A stretch of 64,000 bases of DNA from Gammaproteobacteria bacterium (GTDB lineage: Bacteria > Pseudomonadota > Gammaproteobacteria > 21-64-14), in assembly GCA_027013145.1 (NCBI GenBank), contig JALUXX010000056.1, positions 88,975-152,974 of the forward strand, read 5' to 3'. The translations under genes and the position numbers were made by a program. This document shows positions 11,565 through 22,191 of this stretch, piece after piece. A model generated the notes under the pieces. That model worked only from the letters and a program-made list of their open reading frames with translations. It was not told the origin of the DNA and did no database searches. Numbering within the stretch: the stretch's first letter is position 1; each line of letters begins with the position of its first letter.

Positions 11565-11800
11565 GATCCCGTAGCCGGGCTGCGCGCCGGGATCCGGAGG
11601 ATCCCGGCGGCGGGGGGATTTCCTCCCCGGATTGCGCTGCGCTTCATCCGGGCGACATGGACGACGCAATCCGATGCCGATCCAGTGTAGCCCGGATGCA
11701 GGCCGCAGGCCGGAGTCCGGGGGTCGCGCTGCGGCGCGAACTCCTTCCGCCGTGCTTCATCCGGACCCCATCGTAGGGCTACGGGTGCCGGGTATTTCCG
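11565..11800. repeat. Two tandem units of a ~115-125 bp REP-like intergenic repeat. Each unit has two 7-bp-stem hairpins.
   Basis: Units contain gtagcccggatgcaggccgcaggccgga(a/g)tccggg and ccggattgcgctgcgct(t/c)catccggg. The same composite unit recurs at 17341-17610. Each copy is preceded by gttgacggc. Confidence 0.6.
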
Positions 11801-11939
11801 CGCGCCTCGGCCGGCGGGTCCGATCGACGTGCACGTCGCCGGGCGGCGCCCGTTTCGGCTATACTGCGGCGGCCCGGTCCGGTAAAAACCACCTGATCGG
11901 TAACGATTTTCGTAAATTCCTCGTCGACGGAGAGCCGGC

Positions 11940-13127
11940 ATGGCCAGCCAGTCCTTCCACCCCCCGCAGCGCACGCTCATGGGCCCCGGCCCCTCGGACG
12001 TGCACCCGCGCATCCTCGAGGCGCTCGCGCGCCCGACGATCGGCCACCTCGACCCCGCCTTCGTCGAGATGATGGAATCGCTCAAGGAGCTGCTGCGCTA
12101 CGCGTTTCAGACCGGGAACACCCTGACGATGCCGGTCTCGGCCCCCGGATCCGCGGGCATGGAGACCTGCTTCGTCAACCTCGTGGAGCCCGGAGACAAG
12201 GTCGTGGTCTGCCGCAACGGGGTCTTCGGCGGGCGCATGGTGGAAAACGTCGAGCGCGCCGGCGGCGTTGCGGTGCCGGTGGACGACCCCTGGGGCCGGC
12301 CGGTGGATCCGGACCGGCTGGAGGACGCACTGAAGGCCAACCCGGACGCGCGCATCGTGGCCTTCGTCCATGCCGAGACGTCCACCGGCGCGGCCTCCGA
12401 CGCCGCGGTGCTGGCCCAGATCGCCCACCGCCATGACTGTCTGGTCATCGTCGACGCCGTGACCTCGCTCGGGGGCATCCCGGTCCGGGTGGACGATTGG
12501 GACCTGGATGCCGTCTATTCGGGCACCCAGAAATGCCTGTCCTGTACGCCGGGGCTGTCGCCGGTGACCTTCGGCGAGCGCGCGATGGAGAAGATCCGGG
12601 GGCGCAAGACGCGCCCGCAGAGCTGGTTCCTGGATCTCAACCTGGTGCTCGGCTACTGGGGGTCGGAGGGGCGGCGCACGTACCACCATACCGCGCCCGT
12701 AAACGCGCTGTACGGCCTCCACGAGGCCCTGGTGCTGCTGCACGAGGAGGGGCTGGAGTCAGCCTGGGCGCGCCACCGGCGCAACCACGCGGCCCTGCGC
12801 GCGGGGATCGAGGCGATGGGGCTGTCGCTGCCGGTGCCCGAGGCCGCGCGGCTGCCGCAGCTCAATGCGGTGAGCATCCCCGCCGGGGTCGACGACGCGG
12901 CCGTACGCCGTCGCCTGCTCGAGGACTACAGCCTGGAGATCGGTGCGGGGCTGGGGGCGCTGGCTGGCAAGGTGTGGCGCGTGGGGCTGATGGGGCACAG
13001 CAGCAACCCCCGCAACGTGCTCCTGTTCCTCGGGGCACTCGACGCCGTCCTCGGCGAGATGAATGCCCCGATCGAACGCGGCGTCGCCGTGGACGCCGCG
13101 CGGCGCCGCTACCGCGACGCGGACTGA
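11940..13127 (+). CDS. Class V aminotransferase (serine-pyruvate / alanine-glyoxylate aminotransferase-like)
   Basis: 395 aa. N-terminus ...LMGPGPSDVHPRILEALARPTIGHLDPAFVEMMESLKELL is typical of AGXT/SgaA-type PLP enzymes. An internal Lys (SGTQK) is a candidate PLP site. Confidence 0.8.
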   Translation: MASQSFHPPQRTLMGPGPSDVHPRILEALARPTIGHLDPAFVEMMESLKELLRYAFQTGNTLTMPVSAPGSAGMETCFVNLVEPGDKVVVCRNGVFGGRMVENVERAGGVAVPVDDPWGRPVDPDRLEDALKANPDARIVAFVHAETSTGAASDAAVLAQIAHRHDCLVIVDAVTSLGGIPVRVDDWDLDAVYSGTQKCLSCTPGLSPVTFGERAMEKIRGRKTRPQSWFLDLNLVLGYWGSEGRRTYHHTAPVNALYGLHEALVLLHEEGLESAWARHRRNHAALRAGIEAMGLSLPVPEAARLPQLNAVSIPAGVDDAAVRRRLLEDYSLEIGAGLGALAGKVWRVGLMGHSSNPRNVLLFLGALDAVLGEMNAPIERGVAVDAARRRYRDAD

Positions 13128-13146
13128 TCGCGGTCTGCGCCGCGTA

Positions 13147-14790
13147 TCAGATGCTGCCGCTTTGGCGCGTGACGTTCACGCGCACGGTCAGGCGCTGGCC
13201 CGGGTGCAGGATGCTGCGCGGAGAAATCGAGTTCCAGGCGCACAACTGGCGCACGCTGACCCGGAAGCGCTGCGAGATGCGCGCGAGCGAGTCGCCGCGG
13301 CGGACGATGTAGCGGATCGTCTGCACGACCCCGAGCGCATCCGGGGGGCCGGCGGGCGGGACGTAGGCGACCTGTCGCGCCAGTCCCCGTTTCCAGATGA
13401 CCAGCTTGCGGCCCGGGCGCAGGACGTCGCCGGGTGCCAGGCCGTTCCAGCGCGCCAGCGCGCGCAGCGACACCCCGAAGTTGCGCGCGATCTGCCACAG
13501 GGTGTCTCCGGGCCGTACCACGTGGACCTCGCGGCGCCCGGCCCGCGGCGTGCGCCGCAGCGCCAGCAGGCGCTGTTCGGCGCTGAGGCGATAGCGCGCG
13601 AGCGACTCGCTCGCCACCGGGATCAGCAGGTGATGGCCGGCGCGAATCGTGGTCCCGCGCAGCCCGTTGATGCGCCGAAGCACCGCGACGGTCGTGTGGT
13701 AGCGGCGCGCGATCACCGACAGTGTCTCCCCCGGGCGGATCCGGTGGCGCGCCCAGCTCACGCGCTCGCGCCGCGGCAGCTCCGCGAGCTTGCCGAGAAA
13801 CGCGGCCGCGTCGTCCTGCGGGAGCAGCAGCCGGTGCGGGCCCCCGGGGGCCGTCGCCCAGCGGTTGAAGCCGGGGTTGAGTCGGTAGATCTGGTCCAGC
13901 GACAGCCCGGCGAGGTCGGCGGCGCGCGCCAGATCGATCTGCGAATGGATCTGCACGACGGCGAGGTACGGCTTGTCGGGGATCGGCTGCAGCGCGATCC
14001 CGTAGCGCGCGGGATGCTTGACCAGCTCCCCCAGGGCGAGCAGCTTGGGGACGTAGGCGCGGGTCTCGCGGGGCAGGTCCAGGTGCCAGAAGTCGGTCGG
14101 CAGCCCGCGGCGGCGGTTACGCGCCTGCGCCGCCAGTACGGTCCCCTCTCCCGAGTTGTAGGCCGCCAGCGCCAGCAGCCAGTCGCCGTTGAAATCGTCC
14201 TTGAGCTGGTTCAGATAGTCGAGCGCCGCGCGGGTCGAGGCGTAGACGTCGCGCCGCCCGTCGTACCACCAGTTCTGCTTCAACCCGAAGCGCCGGCCCG
14301 TCGACGGGATGAACTGCCACAGCCCGGCGGCGCGCCCGTGGGAATAGGCGAAGGGCTGATAGGCGCTCTCGACCACCGGGAGGAGCGCGATCTCGCTCGG
14401 CATGTGGCGCGCCTCGACCTCCTGCTCGATGAAGTGCAGAAACGGCTCGGCGCGGGTGAACGCCCGCTGCAGATACTCGGGGTGGCGGGCGTACCAGTCG
14501 AGTTGCACCCGGACGCGGGCGTTGTCCGGCTCAGGGAGGGCGAAGTGGTCGCGGATGCGTGCCCAGAGGTTCTCCGGCTCGGCCGGCTTGTCCGGGTGCG
14601 CGTCCGGTCGCGGCAGCGCCGCGTCGAACGGCGTGCAGGCCGGGCCTGCCAGGTGTGCCAGCGGCGCCGGTCCGGCACCGCCCTGCGGGCCGCCCGCGGT
14701 CGGCAGGCGCAGGGTCCCGCAGCCGCCCAGGATCAGCAGGGCGGGCAGCCCGAGTGCGAACAAGATCTCCTTGGCGCCGCGCGTGTTCAT
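13147..14790 (-). CDS. mltD: Membrane-bound lytic murein transglycosylase D with C-terminal LysM repeats
   Basis: Lipoprotein signal MNTRGAKEILFALGLPALLILGGCG, SLT catalytic region (..AYNSGEGTV..) and two to three LysM motifs at the C-terminus. Start trimmed to the ATG at 14790. Confidence 0.85.
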   Translation of the reverse strand: MNTRGAKEILFALGLPALLILGGCGTLRLPTAGGPQGGAGPAPLAHLAGPACTPFDAALPRPDAHPDKPAEPENLWARIRDHFALPEPDNARVRVQLDWYARHPEYLQRAFTRAEPFLHFIEQEVEARHMPSEIALLPVVESAYQPFAYSHGRAAGLWQFIPSTGRRFGLKQNWWYDGRRDVYASTRAALDYLNQLKDDFNGDWLLALAAYNSGEGTVLAAQARNRRRGLPTDFWHLDLPRETRAYVPKLLALGELVKHPARYGIALQPIPDKPYLAVVQIHSQIDLARAADLAGLSLDQIYRLNPGFNRWATAPGGPHRLLLPQDDAAAFLGKLAELPRRERVSWARHRIRPGETLSVIARRYHTTVAVLRRINGLRGTTIRAGHHLLIPVASESLARYRLSAEQRLLALRRTPRAGRREVHVVRPGDTLWQIARNFGVSLRALARWNGLAPGDVLRPGRKLVIWKRGLARQVAYVPPAGPPDALGVVQTIRYIVRRGDSLARISQRFRVSVRQLCAWNSISPRSILHPGQRLTVRVNVTRQSGSI

Positions 14791-15295
14791 GGTAACTCCT
14801 TGGTTAGCGGCGAATGCGTCCGGATCTGAAGGTCCGGCCGGGCCCGCATATCCGCGCCGGGCGCGCGCCGCGCGCCGCGGCAGCATAGCGGCGGGAACGG
14901 GGCGGAACTGTGCGCCCCGTCACGGTATATCGGGGAACCGAAGCGTCGTTTCGGGTCGGGTGCGCCGCGGGAGCGCACCAGGAGCGGGGCGGATGGAGGG
15001 TGGAAATGCGGGGGGCGGCGTGCGGCGGCGGTGGGGATTCGTCGCAGGCGCGTTCCCATCGGCATCGGCTTTCCTCGCCTCCAGCGGGACCACGGGGTCC
15101 GTCGATCGTTTGTAGAAGATGATGGGCCGGGGCTGCCGGACGGGTCCGGCACCGCGCCAGGATGGTGCCAGGATTTACCCTTTCAATCAAGGGGGTGAGT
15201 GCCGTTTCCAGGCTCGTCCTGAAGCCGGTGGCGATCTGTGGGAGAATAGACGACGATGCCGCGACAGCCGGTCTCCGGTGCGGCGGGAGTCCCGA

Positions 15296-16072
15296 ATGCA
15301 GCGGTTCCATACTCAGGCGCCCACGCCCGCAGCGCCATGCCGACGGCTGGAGGACTGGTACGCAGGACGGCTCGGAGCGCTGCTCTGGGACGCCGAGCGG
15401 GCGCAGCTCGAGGGACTGGTCCCCAACCTCTTCGGCTATCATGCGCTGCAGCTCGGCTCGCTCGGGCCCGATCGCGACCGGGAGCTGCTCGGCATGTGCC
15501 GCATCCCGCACCGCGTCGTGATCGGTCCGAAGCGGGATGCCACGGTCGGTCTGGCGGCCGCGCCGGACGCCCTCCCCATCGCCTCCGACAGCGTGGACGT
15601 GGTCCTGGTCCCGCACACGCTGGAGTTTGTCGAGCGTCCCCATGAAGTGCTGCGGGAGGTCGACCGGGTGCTGGTCGCGGAGGGTCACGTGGTGATCCTC
15701 GGATTCAACCCCTGGGGCAGCTGGGGCTGGCGGCGGCTGTTCCGATCGCGCGCGGTGCCCTGGTGCGGGCGCTTCTTCAGCCAGACGCGGATCCGCGACT
15801 GGCTCGCCCTGCTCGGCTTCGACACGGTCGCCGGACGGGGTTACTTCTATCGCCCTCCCCTGGAGTACGAGGGCCTGATGCGACGCATCCGCTTCGTCGA
15901 GCGCCTCGAACATCACAGCGGCTGGTCACCGCTGGCCGCCGCCTACGTCCTCGTGGCGCGCAAGCGCGTGGTCACGCTGACGCCGCTGCGTCCGCGCCGT
16001 GCGCCCGCGCGCCGGCGGCTGGTGGCCGCGGGCCTGGAACCCTCGGCGCGTGTGGTCAAGCGCGGTGGATGA
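15296..16072 (+). CDS. Class I SAM-dependent methyltransferase (YafS-like), in the conserved position upstream of rnhA
   Basis: Methyltransferase-11-like core ([39 protein letters not shown]). The methyltransferase-rnhA-dnaQ gene order matches enterobacterial synteny. Start chosen at the ATG at 15296. Confidence 0.7.
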   Translation: MQRFHTQAPTPAAPCRRLEDWYAGRLGALLWDAERAQLEGLVPNLFGYHALQLGSLGPDRDRELLGMCRIPHRVVIGPKRDATVGLAAAPDALPIASDSVDVVLVPHTLEFVERPHEVLREVDRVLVAEGHVVILGFNPWGSWGWRRLFRSRAVPWCGRFFSQTRIRDWLALLGFDTVAGRGYFYRPPLEYEGLMRRIRFVERLEHHSGWSPLAAAYVLVARKRVVTLTPLRPRRAPARRRLVAAGLEPSARVVKRGG

Positions 16073-16523
16073 GGTCGAGGCCTACACGGACGGTGCCTGT
16101 CGCGGCAATCCGGGTCCGGGGGGGTGGGGGGTGCTGCTGCGTTTCGGCGACACCGAGAAGGTCCTCTACGGCGGCGAGCCCGAGACCACCAACAACCGCA
16201 TGGAACTGACGGCGGCGATCCGCGCGCTGGAGGCCCTCAAACGCCCCTGCCGGGTGCGGTTGACCACGGACTCGGAATACGTCATGAAGGGTTTGACGGA
16301 ATGGCTCCCGAACTGGAAGCGCCGCGGCTGGAAGACGGCGGCGCGCAAACCGGTCAAGAACGCGGATCTGTGGCGCCGGCTCGATGCCGCGGCGGCGCGT
16401 CACGACGTGGAATGGCGCTGGGTGCGGGGTCACAGCGGCCACCCGGAGAACGAGCGCGCCGATGCGCTGGCCAACCGCGGGATCGACGAGTTGTCCGCCG
16501 CACGCACGGCGAGCCCGCCGTAG
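16065..16523 (+). CDS. rnhA: Ribonuclease HI
   Basis: [22 protein letters not shown]...[14 protein letters not shown]...[16 protein letters not shown] matches RNase H. The likely GTG start at 16065 overlaps the methyltransferase stop. Confidence 0.85.
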   Translation: MDEVEAYTDGACRGNPGPGGWGVLLRFGDTEKVLYGGEPETTNNRMELTAAIRALEALKRPCRVRLTTDSEYVMKGLTEWLPNWKRRGWKTAARKPVKNADLWRRLDAAAARHDVEWRWVRGHSGHPENERADALANRGIDELSAARTASPP

Positions 16524-16586
16524 GCGTCGCCCGGCGCGCCCCCGGCCGGCGTCGCGGGCGAAACGGGTAATGGCGAAGGACGAGGT

Positions 16587-17318
16587 ATGCCGATGAGGCA
16601 GATCGTACTCGACACCGAGACCACCGGACTCGAGCCTGAACAGGGGCACCGGATCATCGAGATCGGCTGCGTGGAGCTGCTCAATCGCCGGCCGACCGGA
16701 AACAACTATCATCAGTACCTGCAACCCGACCGCGAGATCGACGCGGGCGCCCGCGAGGTGCATGGTATCGACCCCGCCTTCCTGGCCGACAAGCCGCGCT
16801 TCGCGGACATCGCGCGCGAGCTGACCGACTACCTGCGCGGGGCGGAACTGATCATCCACAACGCCCCGTTCGACACCGCGTTCCTGAACGCGGAACTGCG
16901 CCTCCTCGGCGCGGAGTGGGGCGCGATCGAGGATCTCTGCTCGGTGCTCGACACGCTGGTCCTCGCGCGGCGTCTGCATCCCGGTCAGCGCAACAGCCTG
17001 GACGCGCTATGCAAGCGCTACGGCATCGACAACTCCCAGCGGACCCGGCACGGGGCGCTGTTGGACGCCGAGATCCTCGCCGACGTCTATCTCGCCATGA
17101 CGGGCGGGCAGGCGGCCTTGTCCCTGGGTGACGGTGACGAGCCCTCCGCCGCCGCAGCCGCGGCCCCGCGGCGCGTGGTCGAGGGCGCGCGCGGGCGCCT
17201 GCGGGTGTTGCGCGCCGACGCTGCGGAATGCGCCGCACACGCCGAGTACGTGGCACTGCTCGACGACTCCGCGGGCGAGCCCTGTCTGTGGCACGCCATC
17301 GACGCCGACGGCTCGTGA
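16587..17318 (+). CDS. dnaQ: DNA polymerase III epsilon subunit (3'-5' proofreading exonuclease)
   Basis: MRQIVLDTETTGLEPEQGHRIIEIGCVEL (Exo I motif), HNAPFDTAFL (Exo II) and a YHGALLDAEILADVY-like Exo III motif. Confidence 0.85.
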   Translation: MPMRQIVLDTETTGLEPEQGHRIIEIGCVELLNRRPTGNNYHQYLQPDREIDAGAREVHGIDPAFLADKPRFADIARELTDYLRGAELIIHNAPFDTAFLNAELRLLGAEWGAIEDLCSVLDTLVLARRLHPGQRNSLDALCKRYGIDNSQRTRHGALLDAEILADVYLAMTGGQAALSLGDGDEPSAAAAAAPRRVVEGARGRLRVLRADAAECAAHAEYVALLDDSAGEPCLWHAIDADGS

Positions 17319-17340
17319 GTCTGTCGAGACCTGCGCAATC

Positions 17341-17610
17341 GGTTGACGGCCTCCCGTAGCCCGGATGCAGGCCCGGCGGGCCGGAATCCGGGGAATCGCG
17401 GTGCGGAGGAGACTCCTTCCCCGGATTGCGCTGCGCTCCATCCGGGCTACATCGATTCCTCTACGGGCCAGCGATCGTAGCCCGGATGCAGGCCGCAGGC
17501 CGGAATCCGGGAATCGTGGCGCCGGAAGAGATGCCATCGCCGGATTCTGCTGCGCCCCATCCGGGCCGCGGTGGCGCGGTATCTCCGCCAGCGTTGACCG
17601 ACTCACGCCG
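17341..17610. repeat. Second locus of the REP-like composite repeat (two tandem units)
   Basis: ggttgacggcctcccgtagcccggatgcaggcccggcgggccggaatccgggg...ccggattgcgctgcgctccatccgggc, followed by a second unit gtagcccggatgcaggccgcaggccggaatccggg...ccggattctgctgcgccccatccgggc. Homologous to 11565-11800. Confidence 0.6.
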
Positions 17611-17618
17611 CGGCGGGT

Positions 17619-18971
17619 CTACGCGAGGTAGCGGAAGTACACGTATACGCTCGCGATTGCGACGCTGAGCAGCATCAGCGGAAACGCGCGCAGCAGAAAC
17701 GGGACGAAGCGCATCGGATGGCCGGCGCGCTCGGAGAAGCCCGCCACGATCAGATTGGCGCTCGCCCCGATGATCGTCCCGTTGCCGCCCAGGCACGCGC
17801 CGAGCGCCAGCGACCACCACAGCGGGAGGAGCGCGTCGGGACCGCCCAGGGCCGGGCCCATGCTCTTGATGAGCGGGATCATGGTGGCGACGAAGGGGAT
17901 GTTGTCGACGATCGAGGAGGCGATCGCCGACACCCACAGGATCGCCATTGCGGTGACGGGGAGGCTGTCGCCGGTGAGTTCCAGGACCCGGTGGGCGAGG
18001 ATCCTGAGGATCCCGGAGCGGTCGATGCCAGCGACGACGATGAACAGGCCCACGAAGAAGAAGATCGTCACCCATTCCACTTCCCCGAAGGCGTGATGCA
18101 CCTGGTGCGACTGCTCCTCCGCCTGGCGCGGCCAGTTGTCGAGAAGCAGCAGCAGCGCCGCGCCGAACATCGCGATCGTCGCCGGTTCCACCCGCAGCAC
18201 GTGCGCCAGGACGAAGCCCAGGATCACCAGCCCGAGCACGCCCAGGGACTGGCGCAGCAGGCGCGGATCGGTGATCGCCTCGCGCTCGTCGAAGTTCATG
18301 ACGCGCCCGCGCGCCTCGTCGGTGGCGCGAAGGCCGCGGCCGTAGATCAGATAGATCGGGATCAACGTCGCCGCCATGATGACCAGGACGATCGGAGCGA
18401 GGTTCACCACGAAGTCCACGAAGTTCAGGTGGACGGCCGATCCGATCATGATGTTCGGCGGGTCGCCGATCAGCGTGGCGGTGCCGCCGATGTTGGAGAA
18501 CAGGATTTCGCTGAAGAGATACGGGTACGGGTTTACCTTCAGCTCCTCGGTGATGAGCAGCGTCACCGGCGCGACCAGCAGCACCGTGGTCACGTTGTCC
18601 AGGAACGCGGAAAACAGCGCCGTCACGAGGGAGAGCATCAGCAGGATGCCCCAGGGGCTTGCCCGGACCTTTTTCGCGGACCAGATGGCGACATACTGAA
18701 ACACCCCGCAACGGCGCGTGATGGCGACGATCACCATCATTCCCGCGAGCAGGCCGAGGGTGTTGAAGTCCACGCCGTTTACCGCGGCCTGCTGGTTGAG
18801 CACGCCGGTGAAGATCATGAGGCCGGCGCCGAGCAGGGCGACGATCGCGCGGTTGACGCGTTCGGTGATGATCACCGCGTAGGTGAGTACGAAGATGATC
18901 GCGGAGACCCAGAGGGGATCCCAGCCGAAGATCACGTGCGGGACCCAGGCCCCGGTGTCCGCGCCGTGCAT
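17619..18971 (-). CDS. ArsB/NhaD-superfamily permease (CitMHS-like anion/cation transporter)
   Basis: 450-aa polytopic membrane protein. The conserved segments GGTATLIGDPPNIMIGSA and LGGNGTIIGASANL are typical of the ArsB/NhaD/CitMHS fold. It overlaps the upstream CBS gene by 4 bp. Confidence 0.7.
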   Translation of the reverse strand: MHGADTGAWVPHVIFGWDPLWVSAIIFVLTYAVIITERVNRAIVALLGAGLMIFTGVLNQQAAVNGVDFNTLGLLAGMMVIVAITRRCGVFQYVAIWSAKKVRASPWGILLMLSLVTALFSAFLDNVTTVLLVAPVTLLITEELKVNPYPYLFSEILFSNIGGTATLIGDPPNIMIGSAVHLNFVDFVVNLAPIVLVIMAATLIPIYLIYGRGLRATDEARGRVMNFDEREAITDPRLLRQSLGVLGLVILGFVLAHVLRVEPATIAMFGAALLLLLDNWPRQAEEQSHQVHHAFGEVEWVTIFFFVGLFIVVAGIDRSGILRILAHRVLELTGDSLPVTAMAILWVSAIASSIVDNIPFVATMIPLIKSMGPALGGPDALLPLWWSLALGACLGGNGTIIGASANLIVAGFSERAGHPMRFVPFLLRAFPLMLLSVAIASVYVYFRYLA

Positions 18972-18974
18972 GAC

Positions 18975-19475
18975 TCAGCCCTTCCGTGCGAGTTTGCCGA
19001 AGACCTCCCAGTAGAACACCACGCCGAGCAGACGCCCGCTCGCCTCGTCCACCACGGGGAGGCTGCTGCGGGTACGGTAGAGCAGCAGCAGGGTCTCGAG
19101 CAGGGGCATCCCCGGGCGCAGCAGCGCAGGCGCGTCGTCGGCCTCGCCGCCGCCGGCGCCCTTGGCCGCCTCCGCGCGGCCTTCCAGGTAGGCGCCCACG
19201 GTACGTGTGCCGACTTCGCGTACGCGCGCCCGCAGGTCCTTTAGATCGTCGCGCACATAGGTCAGATCGGTCAGCCCCCCGGGGACGGTGGCGGCCCGGG
19301 GGAGCAGGGATTCGAGCAGGTGGTGCACGCCGAACATCCCGACGAAGCGTCCCTCCGGGTCGACCACCGGGAGGACACGGTGGCGACGCGCGAGCAGCAG
19401 ATGCAGGGCGTGGGCGACGGTCTCGTCGGCCCGGAGGGTCGGGGGCGTCGGATTCATCAGGAGTTCGACCGTCAT
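18975..19475 (-). CDS. CBS-pair domain protein, a putative regulatory partner of the downstream permease
   Basis: MTVELLMNPTPPTLRADETVAHALHLL...VLPVVDPEGRFVGMF and a second repeat ...SSLPVVDEASGRLLGVV give two CBS motifs. Start trimmed to the ATG at 19475. Confidence 0.65.
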   Translation of the reverse strand: MTVELLMNPTPPTLRADETVAHALHLLLARRHRVLPVVDPEGRFVGMFGVHHLLESLLPRAATVPGGLTDLTYVRDDLKDLRARVREVGTRTVGAYLEGRAEAAKGAGGGEADDAPALLRPGMPLLETLLLLYRTRSSLPVVDEASGRLLGVVFYWEVFGKLARKG

Positions 19476-19594
19476 CGCGCGCCTCGTTCTACCGCGCCGC
19501 CGGTATACGGACCGGCCCCGGGCCATTGTCGCACCATCGGGCGCGTCGCTTCGACTCGCCGCCCCGCCGCGAACGCCTGCACCGGGCGGACGGG

Positions 19595-20602
19595 TCAGAC
19601 CTTGTAGTACTCCCGATACCACTCGACGAAGCGCGCCACGCCCGTCTCCACGCTGGTCGCGGGGCGGTAACCGACGTCGCGCACGAGATCCTCGACATCG
19701 GCATAGGTGTCCGGGACGTCGCCGGGTTGCAGCGGCAGGAGGTTCTTCTCCGCGGTGCGCCCCAGGCACTGCTCCAGCACCTCGATGTAGCGGGTCAGCT
19801 CGACTGTCTGATGGTTGCCGATGTTGTAGAGGCGGTAGGGGGCCGCGCTGGTCGCCGCATCCGGCGCGTCGCCGGACCAGGCGGGGTCGGGCTCGGGCAC
19901 CCGGTCGAGGACGCGGATGACGCCCTCGACGATGTCGTCGATATAGGTGAAGTCGCGGCGGTGGCGGCCGTAGTTGAACACGTCGATCGGTTCGCCGGCG
20001 AGGATACGCCGCGTGAACAGGAACAGCGCCATGTCCGGACGGCCCCAGGGACCGTAGACGGTGAAGAAGCGCAGCCCGGTCGTCGGCAGGCGGTAGAGGT
20101 GGCTGTAGGTGTGGGCCATCAGCTCGTTGGCCTTCTTGGTGGCGGCGTAGAGGCTCACGGGGTGATCGACGTTGTCGTGCACCGAGAACGGCATCCGCGT
20201 GTTCGCGCCGTAGACTGAGCTGCTGGAGGCGTAGACCAGATGTTCCACGCCGTTGTGGCGGCAGCCTTCCAGGACGTTCAGAAACCCGATCAGGTTGGTG
20301 TCCGCGTAGGCGTGGGGGTTCTCGATGGAGTAGCGAACCCCGGCCTGCGCGGCGAGATTGACGACGCGTTCGGGGCGCAGGCGCGCGAACGCATCCGCCA
20401 CCCCGGAGCGGTCCTCGAGGTCCATGCGCAGTTCGGTGTAGCCGTCATACGCGCGGTTGCGGGCGAGGCGCGCCTCCTTGAGCGTCACGTCATAGTAGTC
20501 GTTGACGTTGTCGAGGCCGATGACCTCGTCGCCGCGCTCGAGCAGGCGCAAGGAAAGGGCCGAGCCGATGAAGCCCGCCGCGCCGGTTACCAGTACCCGC
20601 AT
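19595..20602 (-). CDS. NAD-dependent nucleotide-sugar epimerase (UDP-glucuronate / UDP-GlcNAcA 4-epimerase, TviC/WbpP/Cap1J-like)
   Basis: [46 protein letters not shown]... is a Rossmann GxxGxxG fold with a YxxxK catalytic dyad region. It is paired with the adjacent UDP-sugar dehydrogenase. Confidence 0.8.
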   Translation of the reverse strand: MRVLVTGAAGFIGSALSLRLLERGDEVIGLDNVNDYYDVTLKEARLARNRAYDGYTELRMDLEDRSGVADAFARLRPERVVNLAAQAGVRYSIENPHAYADTNLIGFLNVLEGCRHNGVEHLVYASSSSVYGANTRMPFSVHDNVDHPVSLYAATKKANELMAHTYSHLYRLPTTGLRFFTVYGPWGRPDMALFLFTRRILAGEPIDVFNYGRHRRDFTYIDDIVEGVIRVLDRVPEPDPAWSGDAPDAATSAAPYRLYNIGNHQTVELTRYIEVLEQCLGRTAEKNLLPLQPGDVPDTYADVEDLVRDVGYRPATSVETGVARFVEWYREYYKV

Positions 20603-20683
20603 GCAATCCCCCACGCCGGCCTCCGGGGCCGGATCTGCGGTGGCCGGCGACCGGCCCCCGTTACGGATGCGCCCAGGGAAGCC

Positions 20684-21961
20684 CTACAGCCGCGCGTCCA
20701 CGGCCTCCCTGGGCAGGATGCCCTTGACGTCGAACAGGACCGAGTTCGACTTTCCGAAACCGCGGATACGCTCGGCGCCCCAGTCGCGGAAGCGGCGATG
20801 TCCGACGGCGAGGACCACGGCATCGTAGGCCCCCGGGACCGGATCCTCGGTCAGTTCGATCGCATACTCGCGGCGCGCCTCTTCCGGTTCCACCCAGGGG
20901 TCGTGTACGTCGACCGCCGCCTGATAGCCGCGCAACTCCTCGACGATGTCGGTCACCCGCGTATTGCGCAGATCCGGGCAGTCCTCCTTGAAGGTCAGAC
21001 CGAGCACCAGGATACGCGCCCCGACGACCTGAACGCGCCGCTGGGTCAGCAGCTTGACCACCCGTTCGGCGACATAGGCACCCATCGCGTCGTTGATGCG
21101 CCGCCCGGCGAGGATCATCTCCGGATGGTACCCGATCTCCTGCGCCTTGTGCGTGAGGTAGTAGGGATCGACGCCGATGCAGTGGCCGCCGACCAAGCCG
21201 GGTCTGAACGGGAGGAAATTCCACTTGGTCCCGGCGGCCTCCAGGACTTCATGCGTGTCGATGCCGAGACGGTGGAAGAGGAGCGAGAGTTCGTTGATGA
21301 GTGCGATGTTCACGTCGCGCTGCGTGTTCTCGATCACCTTGGCCGCCTCGGCGACGCGGATACTGCCGGCGCGGTGGGTACCGGCGGTGATGATCCGCCG
21401 GTAGAGGGCGTCGACGAAGTCGGCCGCTTCCGGCGTCGATCCGGAAGTCACCTTTAGGATCGAGGTCACGCGGTGTTCCTTGTCGCCGGGATTGATCCGC
21501 TCCGGGCTGTAGCCCACGTAGAAGTCGCGATTGAACCGCAGGCCCGATTCCGCCTCGAGGATGGGGACGCACACCTCCTCCGTGGCGCCGGGATAGACCG
21601 TCGACTCGTAGATCACCACGTCCCCGGGAGCGAGCGCGCCGCCCACCGTACGGCTGGCCGATTCGAGCGGGCGCAGGTCCGGACGCTTGTGGCGGTCGAT
21701 CGGGGTCGGGACCGTGACCACATAGACGTTGCACCCGGCCAGATCGGCGGTCTTCGCGCTGAACGTGAGCTGGCGGGCGGCGGCGAGCTCCTCGGAGGTG
21801 ACCTCGAGGGTGCGGTCGCGACCGTCCTGTAGTTCCCGGATGCGCCGCGCGTCGATATCGAAGCCGACCGTCGGCAACCGACGCCCGAATTCGACGGCGA
21901 GCGGCAGGCCCACGTAACCCAGCCCGATGACTCCGACGCGCGCGTCCTCGACGTTCAGCAT
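20684..21961 (-). CDS. UDP-sugar 6-dehydrogenase (TviB/WbpO/Ugd family)
   Basis: [25 protein letters not shown] (N-terminal NAD-binding motif). 425 aa, a typical length, with a central catalytic Cys region ([12 protein letters not shown]). Confidence 0.8.
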   Translation of the reverse strand: MLNVEDARVGVIGLGYVGLPLAVEFGRRLPTVGFDIDARRIRELQDGRDRTLEVTSEELAAARQLTFSAKTADLAGCNVYVVTVPTPIDRHKRPDLRPLESASRTVGGALAPGDVVIYESTVYPGATEEVCVPILEAESGLRFNRDFYVGYSPERINPGDKEHRVTSILKVTSGSTPEAADFVDALYRRIITAGTHRAGSIRVAEAAKVIENTQRDVNIALINELSLLFHRLGIDTHEVLEAAGTKWNFLPFRPGLVGGHCIGVDPYYLTHKAQEIGYHPEMILAGRRINDAMGAYVAERVVKLLTQRRVQVVGARILVLGLTFKEDCPDLRNTRVTDIVEELRGYQAAVDVHDPWVEPEEARREYAIELTEDPVPGAYDAVVLAVGHRRFRDWGAERIRGFGKSNSVLFDVKGILPREAVDARL

Positions 21962-22191
21962 GATGGGGTGTCCCGTTGCCTGTCAGGGTTTACCGGAAGC
22001 CGCCCGCGGGCTGCGATGATTGCGGCGCCCCCTTCCGTGGTCGCAGCGACGGCGACATGGATGCGGCATTTTACCCGACCGACGGCGCCTTAGCGAGGGT
22101 TCGCGACGCGCATGCGGAATACGCCGGAGGGTTTCGACGTCCCCCGCTCGACGGCGTTGTCGTCTGGAACGGAGTGATCGTATAATCGGAG

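Noticed and set aside
15119-15295. Upstream 59 codons of the methyltransferase ORF (MMGRGCRTGPAP...).
   Set aside because: The composition is non-protein-like and the region is intergenic in the conserved mltD/methyltransferase arrangement. The internal ATG at 15296 (MQRFHTQ...) was preferred.
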